A DNA stretch of 64,000 nt from Podarcis filfolensis (taxonomy: Eukaryota). Below the pieces are notes generated by a model. The model did no database searches. It saw nothing but the letters and a program-made list of their open reading frames with translations, and was not told the origin of the DNA. The DNA is taken from the NCBI GenBank assembly GCA_964270895.1, contig OZ185436.1, one strand, 5' to 3'. Positions 58,228-64,000 of this stretch are shown piece after piece (positions within the stretch are counted from its first letter, which is position 1; each line of letters begins with the position of its first letter). A program made the position numbers and the translations under genes.

Positions 58228-59993
58228 CTTCTTCTTTAAATTTCACAACCCAAATAGAGCTTTAGGTGATTTTTTATTAAAAAAAGAAAAGGCAAATGGT
58301 TATGGAGATCAGGAATCAGGATATTTATTCTGTTGAATATGCTTCCTTAATACCTAGCAACCAAATAGCTCAGAAATTATAGTCATAAATCTCAAGTGTG
58401 CATAAAATATTAAACCATAAATTTTCTTTTCCTCCACTAATTTACTGTTGGTCAATAAATGTGGAATCAAGTGCTTGTGCTCTTTATAATACAATCTTGA
58501 AAGCAAGGAGAGGAGACCAGGTGACAGCTGGGCAGATACTGTATCTTTTAGAGCATTCCTGTACTCTGGAATTTGAAGAACTTTACAGGATGGTGGGTTG
58601 TTGCTATATATATAATCAAAATTCAGAGTCCACGTTAGAATTAAAAAGAAGAAGCAGCAGCAGCACATTTGTATGTTTCACTATTGAATATTTGCTTTGT
58701 CATTTTTTCAGAGCTGGAGACTGCTATGGCAATGTTTACATTTGCAATATCAACATCCCCCCCAAAGCATTACCTTTGCATTTGGAATGGTGTTTGCTAG
58801 AAAGAGCCCCTCGTGTTTACGTTTGCAAAAACAGAAAGAGGTAGAGAAAGGAAGAAAGAAATTTACGACTCCAGATATTTGTAGCTGATTGGAAAACTTC
58901 CCTTGAAATATTTAGTTAGATTAGAGAGTGGATTACATTCTACTCCTCTGGTGGATTTGCACCGACACACTAATTGAAATGAAGACAGCTAATCTAATTT
59001 TAATTTCAATCCAGTGCCATAAATTGTTCCTTAAAAGTAAAATATACCTGCTGATCTGTAAATATAGCAAGACTCCTACATCATTCCATTGGCTTGCTAT
59101 TTAAAAATTCAATTAGGACTAAGAAACACTGGCCTTATTTCCATGGGCATGTTAGGAAGCTTTTGTTTAGTGATTTTAAAGGTAGAACCAGTCGATTTTC
59201 TGGAAAGCTTGGAATATTTCTCATTGTGTTTGGTCGTAATGAATCAATACTTCTAACATTCCTCTTTTGGATGAAGGTTTTAGTTGAGAAAGAAGGGGAC
59301 CACATACCCCCCCCTACACACACACACACACCCCTGCTCTAAGTGGAACCCGGATGCCAAAGGATTTTATGATCTTTTTCCTCTGTGCAACAAAGCAAAG
59401 TAATCAATGGTAGTAATAAAACCATAAACGAGACTGCAACTGACAAAAAGAGGGCTGAAGTATTCATCTTGTATAACGTTAAGCGTTCCTTGAGTGTCAG
59501 TATGGAAAAAAAATAAAGTTTCTTAAAAAAAATAAATCAGGGAAGATAAAAAGAAAGCAAAAGAGTGGGTAGCTTGTTATTAAGCTTCTAGCCTGCATCC
59601 CTCCCTTTTAAATGGACATGGCTTTTCCATCCTACAGCAGTTCTCATCCCAACGTGTACACATTTAAGGCTGGTACACATGACAATTTTACTAGCATACC
59701 GATTTTGAAAATAGTATTTGCTTTCCTGAGGCATCCCAGCTATTTAGCACATTACACCGGATAATCCATAGGCAGAGAAATACAATCACTAGGAGAATGG
59801 GAGAGGGAAGAAAAGGGCCCAAACATTACCCCACTACACACACACTTAGAGATATACATAACAATGCAACCAATGTGTCTGTACGTGTAGGTAGGTTGGT
59901 AGGTCAGTAGATAAACAGAGACAGGCAGACAAGCAGAGCTCAGTGAAGCTCATGGTAACTGCAAGCAATTAATATCACTAGTTTTCAAAGTCA

Positions 59994-60031
<38 letters not shown>

Positions 60032-60670
60032 GTTTCCATGCACAATCAATCTGAACTGATAGAAGGTAGATATTTTCCTTTCTCCTTTAATGGGAGTTAG
60101 ATAATACACACAAACAGAGAGAGACTCCTCCCTCCCTCGTGTGTTTGTGTTTAGATTGGATAGTATCTTAAAAAATACTTCAGTGTAGATTAAGACTACA
60201 TTAAAAGTAGTCTTAATAGTAGAACTTCAAGGTGTGTGGGAATGAGAAAGAGAAAAAGAAGAAGGCCGTCTTTCTTGGTAGCTTCGATTCACCAAAAGTA
60301 TATTCATTGTTCTAGTGTTATAATAATCCTTATCTCAGACCCTTAAAATTTATGGGATGGTTGCAAATGCAAAGGGGCTGGGGTTTGGAGGGGTGGCCTT
60401 GCAGAAGTCCTAGAGAGCTGTTTTGGAGGGATCTGGTGAGTACCAAGTGATTTCGAGTGGAGAAAGTGAAGTGTTTTATTACTTTTCTAAACAGAAGAGA
60501 AGACTTAGAAGTCTGGTCGAATTATAGGGAAGAGAAAACAGCTGGCGCGAAGAAACCCAACATAGAACCTTTCTTAAGTGCTGGTTGGATTGGGAGAAAG
60601 AAGACGCTGGAAAATTTGTATATATACTAGACTCAGCGTTCTAGTAGTTACATTCCTAATATTTTAGTGT

Positions 60671-60701
<31 letters not shown>

Positions 60702-62907
60702 GGGGAGAAGTTATTATTAAGGTTCTTATAATGTATTTGATCAAAGGAGACGACTCTTCCCTCCCCCCCTTTAAAAAAAGAAAACAACACAGGGAAATGT
60801 GTAGGACTTTTTCTGGTTAAATTGGTCTGCAAACAATTATGTAAACTCATCAGCAGAAGCAAGAACAGATGTTTTATTAAAACTGCTACACAGCAGTGAA
60901 AATATGCGCAGGTCCTGGAGTAGTTCTTGTATAGCAGTTGGGGTCTCTTTCCCCCCCTCCCCGCCCCCTGGAGTTAAAGAGCTCACAGAAAGCTGCAATA
61001 ACATCCATTCGCTCATAAGGCTGTTTTCTCTTTTTTGTGTTTTTACCCCCGGATTTTACCCCCACACCGAGGTTAAAGAAGAAAAATATGCTTCGTTAGA
61101 CCCCTCTCTCTCTCTCATTCTCTCTCTCCGTTTTAATTAGCGAATTGATGAACTGATTTAGAGGAAGGCTTCAAAAATGCACACTCCACACATGTGTTTT
61201 CCATCCCCACTAATTGTGGAAAGGAAATAAGAGCTATCGTTGGCTCCCCTCTCTCTTGCAGCCCAAGTAAAATGTTGTCAGATTCTGATCCTGTCGTGTG
61301 ATGCGGAATGCAAATTCGGAAGCGTTTGTTTACTCGTTTGTTTGTTTGTTTCGAGAGGAGAGTGGATTTTTCTTGGGCGTTAATGGCAAGGGTTTTCATC
61401 TGAGACCGTTAATGCAAGTGGAAGAAGGGGGGGGGGGGAGAGAGAGAGAGCGCTTCACAAATTCTCACCCAGTCTGTTGCCTAGGTGTAGAAAACTGCTT
61501 ATTCATAAATGCAGGTTGTGTCTGGTTAGCTTTAAATATGCAACCAAAGTTGCCCTGGGTCAAATACGTTTGTTTACTGTTCATGTGTTGGATTAGCTTG
61601 CACTCTTGTCTGGAATAGTTTATTATTCCCTGATAGATTGATAAGAACTCCCCCCCCCCCTCTAAACACACACCGCTCAGCAAACACGCGCGGGCTTGTT
61701 TATAACGTGTAGTTATATCTATGTATAGACTTCCAGACTCTACAGCTATGTCCTCATTTGTGTACCATTTATAGGATGAAGAGGCAAATTGGTCTTGGAT
61801 CTGTGTAGATGGAGCGTATGTGTTTTTCGTGCAACGCATGCATTTCAAAAGTAAGACAGCCACACTTGGCGATTTGCTTTTACCTTTGTTTTGTTTTTAA
61901 AATTATTTGTGTATGGAGCAGTATGGAAAACAGAAGAAAGAGAGATAAACAGAACGACATAAGCAGACAACGAGGCCAGTAATTTTGCGCACAAGAAACA
62001 CGTATTTTTAAGGTGTTGTACTTAAATCCACGTGGTACCTTTAACTGGATATCTAATTTCAGCTGATCTCACCTTATATATGTTATCTCGGCCTTTTTAG
62101 ACTTGACAGTTATTGCAGGCTAGAGCTTCTTGCCTTGTAATTATTTATTTAGAGCGCTTGCACTCCAGTTATTCCTGCTCCTGCAGAATAACCTTCTTAA
62201 TCAAATGTTCCCTCTGCCGGTAAATAACTAAATAATAATAATGAGGATGATAATGAGAAGAAGACAGAAAATAAAAGAAAAAAGCAGTATATGTAGCGCG
62301 TAAATGCCAGGAGTCAAATGCGCCTGACCGATGCGTTTGCATTGTTTTGAGTCTTCCTTTCTGTTACAGTAATCACATCTTGATAATCTTAACTTTCGGA
62401 CTGCTAGTTTCGCTCAGAGTTTTCACCCAGTTTATGTCATGATATTACTTAAACTTTATACTAAAGTGGTTGACAAAAAAATAATAATTTTAAAATACGC
62501 AGAAAGGGAAGAGTTGGGGAAATTTACCTTCCATAGAAATAATTCTTATTGTCAATAATTAGTAATAATAGCAATCGGGAGGTTTCTCCCTTTATGCATA
62601 TTGTCTTGCTTTTGCCCTGCACCTTCGAAAAACATCCGCCCCCCTGCGTCTTGTCACATAAGCACCGCTTCTGCGGTTCGGCCTGCAATATTCTTGGCTG
62701 CAAGGGAGAAAAAGTGCAAGTCCTGATTTGTTTGTGGTCTTACTGCTATGGCTCCATGACTAATGAAAAAGCCGTTTATAACTTTCTGTTTTCAGGAAAC
62801 TCGGGTTGCTGCCCCACGCAGCCACCCCACTCCGTATGATCTGCCGCATGTGGGGTGGGGGAGGTGAGGAATCCCATCAAACCAACAAAAAAAGCCAAAG
62901 GGGGTGT

Positions 62908-62909
<2 letters not shown>

Positions 62910-62972
<63 letters not shown>

Positions 62973-62988
62973 TTATATATATATATAT
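62910..62988. repeat. Compound (TA)n(GA)n(TA)n microsatellite
   Basis: Seen directly. Confidence 0.95.
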
Positions 62989-64000
62989 AAAAGCTGGCAA
63001 CGTTTTATACTGGAAATGTCATAACCCAAATGATATTGCTGGAAAGGAATTCTAATGGCTTCAAACTGGGGTGCAGATATATGCGTTTGTAGGGTTTGGG
63101 GGTGAATGGCGGGCTACGATTTATCATGGGGTGGTGTTGCTGGGAATCCTGGAGAGTGTCAAAACACACCTCTAAGATAGGCAAAATAACGGGTGGGAGG
63201 TGGAGAGAGGAATAGGCTCAATATCGTTTGAAATAAATGGGCACCCGCACTTTATTAAGATTCAAGTTCTTTTCTGACGTTATTAGGCATTTACGTAGAC
63301 CCCGCCCTCTCCCCCAAGTCAACCTGTTGTGGACGCCTTAACTTATACACGCTGTGTTATGTGTCTCTCTTATTTATTTAGTTGTTGGTAGGTTGCTGTA
63401 TGTATGTATGTATGTATGTATGTATACACTTATTTATCTGTCTATTTTTCTTTCATTCTAGATGTCTTGGTGAAGCCCCCGCTTTCCAGCACTGGAAACC
63501 TTCCGGCCTCCTATAAACGGAACTTCACGTTGGTCAATCGTTTTCAAGTAACTACGTTGCTTCTGTATCTGCCCGCACCCCACCCCCGCACCACCACTAT
63601 AGTTCTATAAGTTAAGTCTTGGCCAATTAAAGAGTCCCCTCCCCTCTGAATCAGCAAAGGTCCAAGGTAACGGGGTTAGGAGGCAGCGGCGGAAACTGAC
63701 AGCTTGTCCAACTTAGAAGTTATTTCGAATTTTCCTTTTCTTTATCCCTGTTTATTCCCTGTAATATTCAATGGGATTTTTGAAACTATATGATGTGTCC
63801 CTATGCTGACAGTACAGGAGGTAAAGATATTATTGGGTGATTGGGCCAATTAAGAGTCTCTCCCCCCCTCCCTCCCCGAGTTTTCTTCTCCGCTTGCTAC
63901 TGTGTAATGTCTATTACGGTCGGATAGCCCTGCAAACTTCACCAAAGGATGTTCAGTTTAGAGAACTTTTATGGTTGACTTGGATTACTCCGTTTTATGG

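Overview
Vertebrate HoxC cluster segment, transcribed on the minus strand. It contains three two-exon homeobox genes: HOXC6 (57832-56276), HOXC5 (52688-51214) and HOXC4 (ATG inferred near 24348, inside a 156-N gap, to 22889). A miR-10-family hairpin lies about 2 kb upstream of HOXC4. A squamate, probably a lizard, is suggested by a HoxC-linked miR-10, no miR-615 in the HOXC5 intron, and many squamate-type repeats: tRNA-, MIR- and 5S-derived SINEs, an L2 fragment, hAT and Harbinger-like MITEs. The species cannot be fixed from the sequence. Regulatory landmarks include the PG4 5' DR5 RARE, the Hox4 intronic HB-1 element, PBX-HOX sites and a probable C5|6 CTCF site. No fourth homeobox (HoxC3) was seen in the 22 kb 3' of HOXC4. 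The most notable observations are a variant miR-10 5p arm, a polyQ tract next to the HOXC5 YPWM motif, paired inverted homeodomain sites in all three introns, a dense palindromic MITE family that avoids the C5-C6 core, triplet-repeat fold-back hairpins, and a candidate distal RARE near position 1650. All motifs were found by eye, with no database searches; comparisons to human and other species are from memory.
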